Part shown: in pieces, positions 24,385-37,470 of the stretch
Layout of the letters: every line of letters starts with the position of its first letter
Numbering within the stretch: the first letter of the stretch is position 1
Assembly (NCBI GenBank): GCA_002633005.1
Contig: NMRA01000013.1
Span: forward strand, 892,852 to 956,851
Direction: 5' to 3'
Origin: Phoronis australis
Lineage: Eukaryota; Animalia; Phoronida
Length of the DNA stretch: 64,000 bases
Notes under the pieces: model-generated
The model's database searches: none
Told to the model about the DNA's origin: nothing
The model's input: only the letters and a program-made list of their open reading frames with translations
Program-made: the position numbers and the translations under genes

Positions 24385-25965
24385 AGGAGCATGCTACCCA
24401 AAAAACAACCTATTAATTCTACTCGATAATGGCACGTTCGGTTGCGTTACCTTTAACCTGACGGCAGACGGAGGTGTTGAAATTATCCAGTGACGTCATT
24501 TGGTTTCACACGCAGTCTGTTCAGCAGTTTACAACACAGGTTACTGGTGTCAGCTTATCGCTTGTATTCATCGTTGAACACCAATAAATCATCAAATTTC
24601 GATATAAAACCCCTAAAAATACACCGAGTTCTTACAAAAACATGTTGTTTTATTTCACTGTTACGGATTTATTGGTATTTGGACACACCATAGCCCACAA
24701 AGTTCGGCAGGCCAATTTACCAAGGTCCGTAGCAGAAGTTTGGGGTCTGTTCGGAGATAAATTCGAAGTATTCTTCCGTGAAATACAGACAAGAGAACCT
24801 AGATCTGTCTTGTTTAGACTTGTGATTTTTTGAGTTCTAAACATACAAAGCGCTTGTTATCCCGGCCAGTGGCTCGGAACCCGATCAGGCCCGTCGCGGG
24901 CAGACTGAAGACAAAATGAAAATAAACCAGCCAAAGTTGGAAACTAAACTTCCAGTCAAGAAAATACTATACTAGTGAGCCAAAGAAGTAATGTGCATGT
25001 GATTATGTTGGTGAATTAGCCATGCAAATATGCTTACTCATCGGACGCCGCGAATTCAGGTTCCCCTTTGGCCACAGAACCGTCAGGGCAGAAGTTGTAC
25101 ATTGACAGTCATTATTTGAATAATGTATATGCAAATAAAGATTCCCCTAACACCTGGCCGGGGGGGGGGGGGNGCATGCGCTCACACCATCTCGGTTCCC
25201 GGTCAATTACCTTTATTGCCGCCATCAAAAGCCGGTAACGTCATCAAATGCCGGTAACGCAGTGGTTTATTCATTGCTGGCTTCGCAACATTTGCACTCA
25301 CGAATACTGCAAAGGCATTACAAATTGTATTCAATGAGACAGACTTTATTTTAATTTCATATAAGCATTGGTTAGGGCGGGAATATTTCACTTTGAAACA
25401 GAACGCAGAACGTCTACAGAATCCCGACTTCTAGACGAGTGTTCATCCGATGAACACTTCGCAGGTTGATTGTTAAGTTTCACAGGCTATCAGTTCGAAC
25501 CAGAATACACCGATCAAGAAATACTACAGAGGCGCCGTGAACACGCACAGACAACGGAACGTATGGATAGTTTTTGGTAAGCCAGCATTCGTCAGACTCA
25601 CTGTCGGTGACTGCCTGCCACAGACACGGAGATGTTTCACGGCCTCATACTTGCTATTAAGAGCGTACTTTTCATTCTTCACTACCGCGAGCCACCTCCT
25701 AAGCATTTCGAACTCTCGAGGAAGTCGAAAAAACGTACCCGCTTTCCTCGCAGCTGCATAGTTCGGACAAGCGCGAACGATGCACCGCAATATAGCGGCA
25801 TTCACTCTGCAAATGAACCACTGATGTCGCTACGTCGTTTCTCACCTTCCTCACAGGCTAACGCGACACCTCTCGGCAAGGTAAGGTCAACCGTATGCGA
25901 GGCGTTGTGGATATAGACCGATTAAGATGGTAAAAAAGACTAATCAAATCAGGTGGCATTCTATA
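24385..25965 (-). mobile_element. Kolobok-type THAP element, third copy (inverted)
   Basis: Bounded by TTAA|AGGAGCATGCTACCC at the left and GGTGGCATTCTATA|TTAA at the right. The minus-strand ORF 25524-25805 encodes THAP-like CIVRACPN..FFRLPRE..W..HLRVCG. It is homologous to 3174-6624. Confidence 0.85.
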
Positions 25966-26037
25966 TTAAGCGGGTTACACAACACACTGTAGGGAAATAC
26001 CACCCACTAAGGATCATAATGATGAAGTGATTATGTG

Positions 26038-27705
26038 TTTTTTATGCGCCCACATATTTATATGTGGACGCATTATGCCGTCATCTCTGTCCGTCCGTCC
26101 GTCCGTCCGTCCGTCCGGCGTCCGGCGTCCGCTGCTCTATCTCCAAAACCCTTCGACATACGTTCATGAAATTTGGCACATATGTTCCATTCATGAATGG
26201 GACGGCATGTGCGAACTTTCGGACGGATCCGACTACCGATGTGCCCCCTAGTGGCAATTTTAGTTTTTTACGCTTACCTTTGTATCTTCAAAAGTCCTGA
26301 ACGGATTTTCATGAAATTTGGTATGTAGGCACCTAGTAGTGAGATGACGCTATCCTNNNNNNNNNNNNNNNNNNNNNNNNNNNNNNNNNNNNNNNNNNNN
26401 NNNNNNNNNNNNNNNNNNNNNNNNNNNNNNNNNNNNNNNNNNNNNNNNNNNNNNNNNNNNNNNNNNNNNNNNNNNNNNNNNNNNNNNNNNNNNNNNNNNN
26501 NNNNNNNNNNNNNNNNNNNNNNNNNNNNNNNNNNNNNNNNNNNNNNNNNNNNNNNNNNNNNNNNNNNNNNNNNNNNNNNNNNNNNNNNNNNNNNNNNNNN
26601 NNNNNNNNNNNNNNNNNNNNNNNNNNNNNNNNNNNNNNNNNNNNNNNNNNNNNNNNNNNNNNNNNNNNNNNNNNNNNNNNNNNNNNNNNNNNNNNNNNNN
26701 NNNNNNNNNNNNNNNNNNNNNNNNNNNNNNNNNNNNNNNNNNNNNNNNNNNNNNNNNNNNNNNNNNNNNNNNNNNNNNNNNNNNNNNNNNNNNNNNNNNN
26801 NNNNNNNNNNNNNNNNNNNNNNNNNNNNNNNNNNNNNNNNNNNNNNNNNNNNNNNNNNNNNNNNNNNNNNNNNNNNNNNNNNNNNNNNNNNNNNNNNNNN
26901 NNNNNNNNNNNNNNNNNNNNNNNNNNNNNNNNNNNNNNNNNNNNNNNNNNNNNNNNNNNNNNNNNNNNNNNNNNNNNNNNNNNNNNNNNNNNNNNNNNNN
27001 NNNNNNNNNNNNNNNNNNNNNNNNNNNNNNNNNNNNNNNNNNNNNNNNNNNNNNNNNNNNNNNNNNNNNNNCGTGTATGTGCTTACTATAAGGAAGACAG
27101 CTGACAATGATTTTCAGACGATTTGGACTACTGTGGCGCCTCCTAGTGGCAGTTTTGTTTTTTTGCGCCCATGGCTGTATCTCCCAAACCGTTTGCAGGA
27201 TCTTTACTAAATTTAGCAAGTGTATTTATGTGATGTTGACAACGGACGATGACGACTTTAGGATGATTCTGACTACCGGTATGCCTCTTGTGGCAATTTT
27301 AGTATTTGCCTCTAGTGGCAATTTTAGTATTTTACATTGACCTCTGTATTTTCATAGGTCTTCAGGTGTATACTTTGTGTTACTTCGTGACTGTGAAGGA
27401 AAAGTTCTAAGTAGAAATTTGTTTCTGGCATTCTAATGCTGTGCTAATCTCGTATGTTGGTAAATTTGTTTTTAATTCTATGTTTCTGTGGTGCTTTAAG
27501 CAAATGGTGTTTAGGATGTGCTTGTATTATGAAGATAACTCACATTTTGCCCCTAGCCTATTGAGGAGACTATGACCATGCCTTTCCATTTTGCAAAGTA
27601 TGCCCTCTACTGGCCAATTTATGGTACCAATAAACAACCCTAGAAGGATACCGTATGCGGTGCAATTGTGGGCGCATTTCAGTGCTCCGCGTTGCTCTTG
27701 TAGTT
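26038..27705 (+). mobile_element. Helentron/HINE-like element, copy 2 (contains assembly gap)
   Basis: It has a 5' T-run plus TGCGCCCACA hairpin, a (TCCG)n microsatellite and tandem monomers. A 3' subterminal inverted repeat TGTGGGCGCAT lies at ~27667, followed by a short palindrome. Confidence 0.8.
26357..27071. other. Assembly gap (N run) inside a tandem-repeat element
   Basis: Run of N. Confidence 0.99.
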
Positions 27706-30700
27706 GAATCCTGCATGTACCACTTGCATGAGGTGCAATTGGTACAATAGCAGGGGACAGAATGAGGATCGATTGAAATCACCAAAGCAGAATTTATGTG
27801 CTTTTAATTAAAATTTGGTCACAGTTCTGTTGATTGCTTCTTCATTGTTGTCAACACTCCAGCCTACATCACATCACTGATTTTCTGTTTGAACCAGGAA
27901 ACTTGATCAATTCAAGTGAGTTTAAGATGTACTCACAAACGTAATTAATTAAGTAGGCTCCGACACAACATGAAAACTAACGATGAAAACTAACGATGCG
28001 TGAACAATTTCGAAATTTTCCCTGTGTCACTGTAGTACAGTTTCAGGAAGTAAAGAATGCATTTCCTTTAAGTAATACTATTAATGTAAACTGGTCAGCG
28101 ATTCAACAATGAGCGTCATCGACTGTACATCCACAGGCTGTTTTCATCACGTAAGGGTGGATGCAGAGGAAATCTCGACTGCTTACATTGATTGATAGAT
28201 TGTTGGCTGACTGATGCATGAAGCGAACATAGGAACAACTTGATACTCACTAGGTGATGATACTAAATAAAGGTCTCTTTGACATCTGAATGGATTGAGA
28301 CAACAGAAAAAACACAAACGTATCCGAAGGGCAAGAAGGCCAGTACAAACGTGCCTGAGAAGCACCCCACCTGGTAGCCAGTTGTTGTTTAGCCCAATTT
28401 TATAGCAGTAGAGGCATTGTTGGCTGTGTTGTCACCAAGCTGGTCATTGTTTTATCAACCAGGTAGTGGCCCATTTAAATGTGTCACCACTAATGGCAAA
28501 CGGGCTGCAGCAATAGGTTGAGTCAGGTCATGGAGAACACTGCGAGAGGAGAAAGCAGTGTTTCAACATGGCTGTGTTTGTTATAAGCCACTCTTGTGAC
28601 CTGCCTGAATGAAGACATTTCTATGGGAAAGCCCTTTGCTTCACTAGCGACACCTAGTGAATTTTGAGTTCTCCATTAGATCTTAACACACTGAAACAGC
28701 TCTAATTATAAATCAAAACTATGACATTGACAGATACTGTTGATCATTACTGCTGAGAAATATGCAGGTCATGGACCCCATATCTTGACAAAACAATGCG
28801 ATCACATCATCACATGTGTCTAGTTAACATTGATCATTAAGCAATGCACTTCAAGTCCTTTCAACAACCCTCCAATATTTACTGTAAGACTGTTCAAGCT
28901 TTCCAAGGTCAAAAGCAAAAACTTCAGAACCAGTTTGAAAGATTACAATGGAACAAGTGCCACTCAGAGTTCCATCCTGGACTTAGGACAAACACAAAAT
29001 GAAGTTGAAATTGAAAACCATGCATACACCACAGTGTGACTGTGACAGTGATGGCAGTTGTGATCCTCAAGCTTGTACTAAAGACAAATTTTAGGAAACC
29101 ACCCTCTCATAAGTTTGCTGAAATTGACCACCACACACCTCTTGAGCCCTCTTGGAAAGCAGTGCTGTCACTGAAGAGGTCACCCTCATTTTAAATATTA
29201 CTAAAAAAAATTCTGATTAGAAAACATCACTGCTGAGCAAAAATTGTGTACTAGTGAAAATGAATACGTAATATAACTTCCATGGCTACTGTCGATGTTT
29301 GTAGGTCGAACGGGAAAAACTATAATTAAAAATTGGATATTGGAAACACTATCCGATAATTGCAATTTATTTTCAGTCAGTATTTTATTGTTGTTCCAAA
29401 CAGGAACTTAAATTATGTCTGTGATAAGGTAATTGATGACGCCAACAGATTTCCAACAAATCTATCCACTAACAACAAGGTGGCGCTCTGCATCCATAAA
29501 CTGGATCTGTTAGCGTGGAAAATATTCCAGACAATCTGTAAGGTGCTTTAATTCTAATTTATGTTTCCAATTAAGTACATGCGATGACACTTTGTGAATG
29601 AACGCAGAAGTTTCTAACTGAAATATAGTACGATCATTCTTCAATTATTTAGCACACAATATGGCTGATAATTGAATTTGGGCTTTGTTAAATTTCTTCG
29701 CAACAGTAAAGATTAAGATCCTTTTAGTCCATGACGAGCATGACTTGCACTGTGTAGATGTTGTAAAGCAACATTTGCCTTGAAGTTCCCATTATTTGCA
29801 AGAAAGTAATCAGCTGTTAAAAAATGGAAAAATGACCGTTTTGGCAATTATTTTTGCACAAAATAAGTGACGAATTTCCATACTATCTGTCTGTCATGTC
29901 CTGAGGCCTTCACAGGTGTAGCGTAAATGTGTTGTGCGGGTTATTAAAAACATATGTGGCATTGATTGAGCTTAGAATTCCTTGGTATTGAATTGGTACC
30001 TTTGACAGTTACCATTCCGTGACAGTCTAACTAGATGTGTGTTTAGATATTAAATATTTTCTAACACAACCTCAAGGGTGAAATCCATGTGTTATTTCAC
30101 TGAGGTCAGGGATCTTACTGGCTAATGCCTGGCTAATTTTGTACAACTAATATTGTCAAAATTGAGGTTTTTTGTTTTCAAGAAATTCTTTTATTTGGAA
30201 AATATGTAGAAATAAAATTTCACTCGTCTACAAATTGAGCCCAGAATTGGTGACAGTTTTACTGAAGATAGCATAGTCCCATTCGCACACATGATTGTTT
30301 TGCACTGCTTTAAAACCATGTCGTGAACAGGTAATGCTGCATGCTTGACACGAACCAACTAACCCCTGATGGATCTTGCCATCCACTGGAAATCTGTGGA
30401 ACAGAAATTTTTCAAAAGCTCATGATGTTTGGATTTGGTTGCATAACGACTTCAGGCATATTGAGTAAGGTTCAAAGAAGGGCAACAATGGTTTAGTTTG
30501 ATACAAGCTGACCTTGGCAATGAAGTGCATGTAAACAAAGATGGCAAGTAATGATCCAGACCTGGAACATCAGTTTCAGAGTGATGCATAATTAATTGGG
30601 CCCACGGGAATTTAATTAACTTCAAAATTCGTGTAGGATAACCATAAAATCATAATATAAACACTAAAAAACAGTTGCCTTCCCTTTAACAGATTATGAC

Positions 30701-32287
30701 TGACTATTGATGTAATAATTTACAGCGGCCTTTGTTTTGGGAAAAACTTTTGGAAATAAAATTTCACTTGTCGGCCATGTTGAGTGCTAAATGAAGAATT
30801 GCCGCCATGTTCCTCTCTGTCTTTCTTACAATACGAAAAATACAATTCTCTTAAGGAAACTACAAGAATGTCAGTAACTTCAGTGCAATCCCGTTTTTGT
30901 TCTTCAAGCTGAATAATTACCAGTGGGTGTTTACCTTGGGATTATCTTTAAACAGTCTGTTGGAATAGTAGAACCAAGGAGTGAGAGGTGGGGGTGCACA
31001 CAGTCTCTGACACACAGAAAGATCAACTGCACATCTGGTCTGATGTTATTTGGAGATCATGATCATGTGTTTCTCACTGACTAATTTTATGGTCAGCCTT
31101 GTGAAACTACATAGTGGCATTATACAGTGAAGTTTATCATGAGGGTAGTGGTCGATTCCGTTCATTTTATCCAGGTGTAACAAAATACAGCAGAGTATAA
31201 TGGCGGTTAGTCAGAAACCTGAGAGCTCAGACTCACTTTCAAGGGAGTCAAATGTTGAGTACCAGTTGAAATCATTGTGTTTAAAGTTTTAAGAGCCAAT
31301 GAACCCACTGTATTTTAAGAAGGCAGTATTACTGTTATTCCCACAGGTGCTGACAGGTTTTAAAACGCAAGTTTTTGAAGAAATTTGCTGTGTTCTACCT
31401 TCACTGTTGTTACAAAGCATATTACCTGGATTATAAAAGAATCATTCTCTATTCTATTCCGGTGTCTCACAAATATAAGGGTCCCAAATTATGGAAATCT
31501 GCCTACTCACTTATTTAAAAACAGGCTGGGTGCCTATTATTTTCGTTGAAGGGACATTTTGCATTTTGTTATTAGCTGAAAATCTGTTGTTCTTTAATTA
31601 CTAAATATCGACAGTTTTAATTGTTGGACAGTAACTGACTACATTTTGAACTGAACAAGAATTGGATTATTGCGAACATGTATCCAAGTGGCCACAACAC
31701 TATAAGTCTCATCCACTGCGTCCACACACACACACATATCGGATTACCAGGGTAGGGCGGAAGTTGTTACTTTGTGCTTGAACAGTTGATGTGAATATGG
31801 AGCGCAAAAGAAAACCAGTCAATACGTAACTGCAGCTGATAATTACTTCTGCCTTGCCCCAGGTTTGCAGCCACACGGTGATTAGAAGTGGCACAAGTTA
31901 CCCTAGTACAAGTCACTCTACCTCGATAAGGTAGATTAAGTTGTCACAAGGTGGGGCTAGTTGGACTACCTTAAATAGCATTCAGACGTCTTTAAACCTA
32001 GCGACAATTCAATCCAGGAGTATCTTGTTCTAGAGTAAGTCTGTGTGTGGATGGTACTCTAGATATCATTGTGCTCATCTGCAATTGGCATTGCAAAAGG
32101 ATTGTTACCCTGAATTCACATACTATTTTTGGCCGTATTATGGACAGGAGTTGTTGGGTCTGACCCAGAGCTAGGGTTGCAAAGTATCACAACTTCTCAC
32201 AACGCAATGGAGGCGCGATGTACCGTAATACCCTCGCAAAACATGCGTTTCCTACCAAAATATCTACTAAAGGGTTAATTAACTTAA

Positions 32288-33177
32288 AGGCGAAGGCAAC
32301 CCTTTTTCATGTCTTTTTAGCAAAAATAAGGTTCGTTGGTTATCCAAGACATATTTTCCACTTGATTACAGCTGTTCCTAATTTGATTAAGTATTCGTTC
32401 TCTACTCCGGAAGTGACGTTTTGGGAGGCAAGCATTTCGCGCCACTTTCTTTTCATACAGTCTGACTGTGAGAGCTACGGAGTCAGTCTTGGTTGTTATA
32501 AGTTCGGTCGTCATTTGTTATTGTTTACCAGTCGGTCAACATGCCACACTGTTGCTGCGTACCGGGAATTATTGTCTCACGGACAGAGTAACAACTGTCC
32601 CATTTGCCAGAGTGTACTGCGACATACTCCCACTGGATAGTGACCTGAGCACACAAACTGCTTACACCCTGCCGTGTGACTCCCTCGCCAGATTGTTGAG
32701 TGACCTGGCACCTTCTAAATAGGTCCAATACTTTAAACAAGTCCACAATAAACTTATCAAAGTTTGGCTCACCGTTCCGTTCATTGAACGACGAACTGTA
32801 CTCTTCATTGACTGGACCTGTATTCACTCCCACTACTCAACATCGCAGCAGGGCTACTTACAGGCTTTGGGCCATAATGAGTACATCCCGGTATGCAGCA
32901 ACAGTGTGGCATGTTGACTGACTCGTAAACAAAAGCAAACGACGACCGAACTTATCACAATCGAGGTAGATCAATGACTGACTCGACAGCTCCCATAGTC
33001 AGACTATATGAAAAGAAATTGGCACGAAATGCTTGCCTCCCAAATCATCACTTCCGGAGTAGAGAACGAATATTTAATTAAATTACGAAAAGCTGTAATT
33101 AAGTTGAAAATATGTCTGGGATAACCAACAAACCTTATTTTTGCTAAAAATGACATGAAAAAAGGTTGTCTTCGCCT
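32288..33177. mobile_element. Foldback MITE with ~280-bp TIRs, TTAA target (Kolobok-type termini)
   Basis: Bounded by TTAA|AGGCGAAGGCAAC and GTTGTCTTCGCCT|TTAT. Segment 32288-32562 is the reverse complement of 32888-33177. Confidence 0.9.
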
Positions 33178-33640
33178 TTATTAGGGAGTTCGACACTAGG
33201 AAGAGGATCATTATTACAATGGTGCAGATGTATGGAAAACTTTTCATTTTTGATATTTTAAAGTCTTGTGTTACAAATTATGTACTCATTTTCTACAGCA
33301 TGGAATCTCTTTTTGTGCCACTTTGGCCTTTTGGGTTAAAAATAAAGGTAAGGTTTATGGAATTAGCCTCCTACATTAAATGGTGTGTTTCTGGAACAGA
33401 ATCTGACAAAAAGGTCACTTTTTCATGGAAGCTCCCTTAAAGTATCCTTTTTTTCCAGTCCACTCTCTAAATATTAGTTAGGTATCCCTAATGTTGCACT
33501 GAGGTGCACCACTAACTAAAATATAGTGTGTCTGGTCAATAAACAAAGATTTCTCCCCGCAAGTGTCTTACGTCAGTGCCTTTCACCGTGGAATGCAGCT
33601 ATAGCCAATTGTAAGGCATTTGTGATGAATGAAGTACTTA

Positions 33641-35634
33641 CCGTAATCGTTCGGGTTAACACCCTGGGCGGTTAAGTTGGCGAATCCAAAAAATCGGGGG
33701 AGGGCGGTTAACCGAGCAGTGGGCGGTTAAATCGAAAATCCACCTAAAGTAGGGGATGGGCGGTTAACCGAACATGGGCGCTTATTACGACAGACAACTG
33801 CCCTGGGCGGTTAATCTTACCTGGCGATCTAAATCCGGACACGACAATCATACTCGGAACGCGTAGCCCTTTTCAAAGAGCTTTATCGTCACGTCGCCAA
33901 ATGACTGTGAAAACATAACAGCGGATGATCCCAACAAAGGTTCTCTTGCCCTCAGATTAGTCATTCACTATTAAATTTACAAAATTACTGAGTAATAGCC
34001 CCGTGCCGTCCTGCGGTGCGCAGACGACCAGTGACATCGCAGCCTCCACTAGAATTAAAACTGCTTAAGTGCGTGCGTGCAAGCTTCACGTGTTGCAGAG
34101 GTCAGACATCAAATTTATGGTTACAGTCTCGTACTATATGAGAGCAGTTTTAAAATAGGTTGTAATAAAAGTTTGAAAAACTTAACTCTGTTGTTTTTTG
34201 TGTTTGGGATGTTATAGTCGACACTCCGTGACTCAATGACATTTTCAGCGTATGGTTCTGCGGCTAGCTGTCTTATCTCGACAGCCTGGCATTGCTCTCT
34301 TGCCGTTGCGCCAAACATGCTGTGCAAAGAAGACGAGGATCGGGGGTGATCGAGCCAGTCGTCGATCAAGAATAAAATTTCAAGCAACCGCATAAATATG
34401 TTACAAAATGTCAGAAAACAGCAATGTTTCAATTCATTATTCTAAACGACCACCTTACCAAACTTCGTGGTATAAAAACATTTATTTTTCATGCAAGATG
34501 TCCAGATTATCCTATTTATATCACTTGTAATATCGCACTGCGGCACTATTCGGTCCCGCTGTTATCGCGCAATGTCTCAGTCGGCTGACAATCGTGACTT
34601 GGAAATGCTGTCAAGTAATATGACGGCCTCTTTCAATATGCATCTCGTTTTTTATGGCCAAAGATAGTGGCGGTATTCAGCACGCACGTAACACCTACGT
34701 GTGAGTCACCTGTCAATCACATGTTGGTGTCAAGGTAACATGCACTCCAAAGTGTGGGAACTTGCGCACGTGCACTACTACAAATCAGTCACACATAGCG
34801 ACAGTCCGAAGTAACAAAAACGGGCGTGACTGTGCTTTTAAGCTGTTGTTACGAAAGACCCAGTTCTTTACGATATTCCTCCGTTGCCAATGTTCCCCAA
34901 AACTGCGATGTCAAGTCTATTGCCATATTTCCTGGCTGGATGCTCCCTAAGCCCATCCCTGTAACTAGCTGTGTGAACTCTCCTACCCACTATCGTCAAG
35001 CAGTCTACGTCGTAGATATTTCAGACTCGAATGGTAAGAATTTTTGTTCAGGCTGAAAATGGCCAATGTATAAACAAAATTATTCTGGATGGCTAAAAAG
35101 GGGATGTGGAAACGATAATTCACACAGTCACGCTTACGTGCAGGCTGACGCAAGAATAGTAAAGAACAGCCAGCGACATTNACTCAGCGCCGCAGACAAA
35201 GTCGCTGAAAGCGGAGGTTTTGACGCCGGCAGCGTTCTTAAACTTTGCAAACAAGGGAAGAAAATAAAGTGACAAAAAGGTTCAAGTATTATATTTTGAA
35301 GTGAGTTCATGACCCAAGACAATAACTCGTTACCTGTATTGTAATTCAGATTGCTAAACCACCGTCTCGGAGTCCTGGCGTCGTTGCACTCATTGTGATC
35401 GTCGATCTTTTTCTAAAAGACGGGGAATCGCGCGTTTCCTTAGCACTAGGCGCTAAATCTTCATTCTTTAAAAGTCGGGGATGGGCGCTTAACCGAGAGG
35501 TGGGCGCTTAACAGGAAATCTTCAAAAATCGCAGAGGGGCGCTTAACTGAGCAGTGGGCGGTTAAATCGAAAATCCACTTAAAGTAGGGGGTGGGCGGTT
35601 AACTGAGCATGGGCGTTAACCCGAACGATTACGG
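33641..35634 (+). mobile_element. Non-autonomous Tc1/mariner-pogo-like DNA transposon (~2 kb)
   Basis: Bounded by TA|CCGTAATCGTTCGGGTTAAC and GTTAACCCGAACGATTACGG|TA. Multiple subterminal GGGCGGTTAA/GGGCGCTTAA repeats occur at both ends. Confidence 0.85.
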
Positions 35635-35756
35635 TAACTAACGCTGGAGAGATGAATGTTAGCACCCGAACTTGCAGTACACCCCTAAACCCCGCCCCCA
35701 TTCTACAGAATCTTCCTTTGATGTTTTCTTTCTGGAAACCAATTTTTTCTCATGCA

Positions 35757-37470
35757 TTTTTGTGCGCCCACATATTTGTGGACGCATTATGCGGTCATCT
35801 CCGTCCGGCCATCCGTCTGGCGTCCGGCTAATCCCCTGCTCTATCTCCAAAACCCCTTGACGTATTTTCATGAAACTGCGCATGTGTTCCGTTCTTGGAT
35901 TGGACGGCATGAATGAACTTTTGGATGAATCGGACTACAGGCGTGCTCCCTAGTGGCAATTTTAGTTTTTTACGTTTACCTCTGTATCTTCAAAAGTCCT
36001 CAACGGATTTTCATAAAATTTGGTATATGCGCACCTATTAGTGAGATGATGCTATTTTCTCGTTGTTGGATGGATTCAATGTAGTTTGCATCACCTAGTA
36101 GCGATTTTTAATGTTTTCAAGTCTGTTTTTGGCATCTACCACTCAACCAAACCGCTCAAAGGATGATTGTGAAAATTGGCATGTATGTTTTTACTATGAA
36201 GAGGACGGCTGACGATGATTTTCCACCGACTTCCTACTGCTGTGGCTCCTAAAGTGTTTGCAGGATCTTTACTAAATTTAGTAAGTGTATTTACATGATG
36301 TTAACAACGGATGAAGACGACTTTCGGACAGATCTGACTACTGGTGTGCCACCTAGTGGCAGTTTTATTTTTTTACGCTTAGCTCTATCTTCATAGGTCT
36401 TCAAGGTAGTTTCATAAAATTTGGAATACAGGCATCTGTTAAGCAGGTGACATAATTATCTTTCCGTTTTCACTGGGATTCAACCTAGTTTGCGACACTT
36501 TGTGGCCATTTTTACTGTTTTCGAGTCTGTTTTTTGGCATCTACCTGTCTATCGGCCAAACTGCTTTCAGGATAATTGTGAAAATTGGCATGTATGTTTT
36601 TACTCTGAAGTGGACGGCTGACGATGATTTTACGACAACTTCGACTACTGTGGTGCCTCCTGGTGACAGTTTTGTTTTTTTATGCTCATGGCTGTTTATC
36701 CTAGACCGTTTGCAAGTCTATTTGTGTGATGTTGACAATGGACGATGATGACTTTCAAACGGATCTGACTACTGGTGTGCCTCCTAGTGGCAGTTTTTTT
36801 AATTTTTATGTTTACTTCTGTGTCTTCAAAGGTCCTCAACAGATTTTCATAAAATTTTGAATATAGGCATCTATTGGTGAGATGATGCTATTCTCCTGTT
36901 TTCGGAGGGAATAGAAGTATTTTGCGCCACTCAGTGGCCATTTTTGCTGTTTTTGAGTCTTGCTTTTTTGGCGTCCATCCCTCTATCAACCAAATCATTC
37001 TAAGGATGATTTTGAAAATTGGCGTATATGTTTTTAGTGTGAAGAGGACATTTGATGGTGGCGACTTTGACTACTGTGGCGCCTCGTAGTGGTAGTTTTG
37101 TTTTGTTTTGCGCCCATAGCTGTATCTCCTAAACATACTGCAGGATCTTTATATTAAATTTAGTATGTGTATTTATATCAAGCTTACAGCAGACGACGAC
37201 GACTTTCAGACGGATCAAACGAATGCTGTATCCCCTAGTGGCAATTTCATTTTATTTTGTTTTTCTTTGTTTTGTCTGTAGTTCCTTGACAGATTTTTAT
37301 GAAATATGGTGAATAGTTTTCTATTAAAGAAGCAATCATATGTTCCCGGTTTGGGATTGTATGTTTTTGCGCCATCTAGTGGCCATTTTTTATGATACAA
37401 ATAAACCCTAAAAGCAAACCATTTGTGATGCATTCGCGGGCGCATTTCAACGCTCTGCGTTGCAACAGTC
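35757..37470 (+). mobile_element. Helentron/HINE-like element, copy 3 (complete; ~11 tandem monomers)
   Basis: It has the same 5' hairpin and 3' GCGGGCGCATTTCAACGCTCTGCGTTG end. The internal ~145-bp monomers follow an A-B-C higher-order pattern. Confidence 0.85.

Noticed and set aside
283-26038. Apparent giant palindrome: HINE, Kolobok and MITE pairs each inverted around ~13-14.7 kb
   Set aside because: Intervening and flanking sequences are not homologous. The right-hand Kolobok and MITE copies have their own TSDs (TTAA, CCATG), so these are independent insertions.
26274-27219. Long ORFs of 277-289 aa in the ORF track
   Set aside because: They are artefacts of the N gap, as are the ORFs over 40111-40237.
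35900-37400. CRISPR-like array (regularly spaced conserved motif)
   Set aside because: The context is eukaryotic, the intervening segments are themselves repeated and too long, and there are no cas genes.
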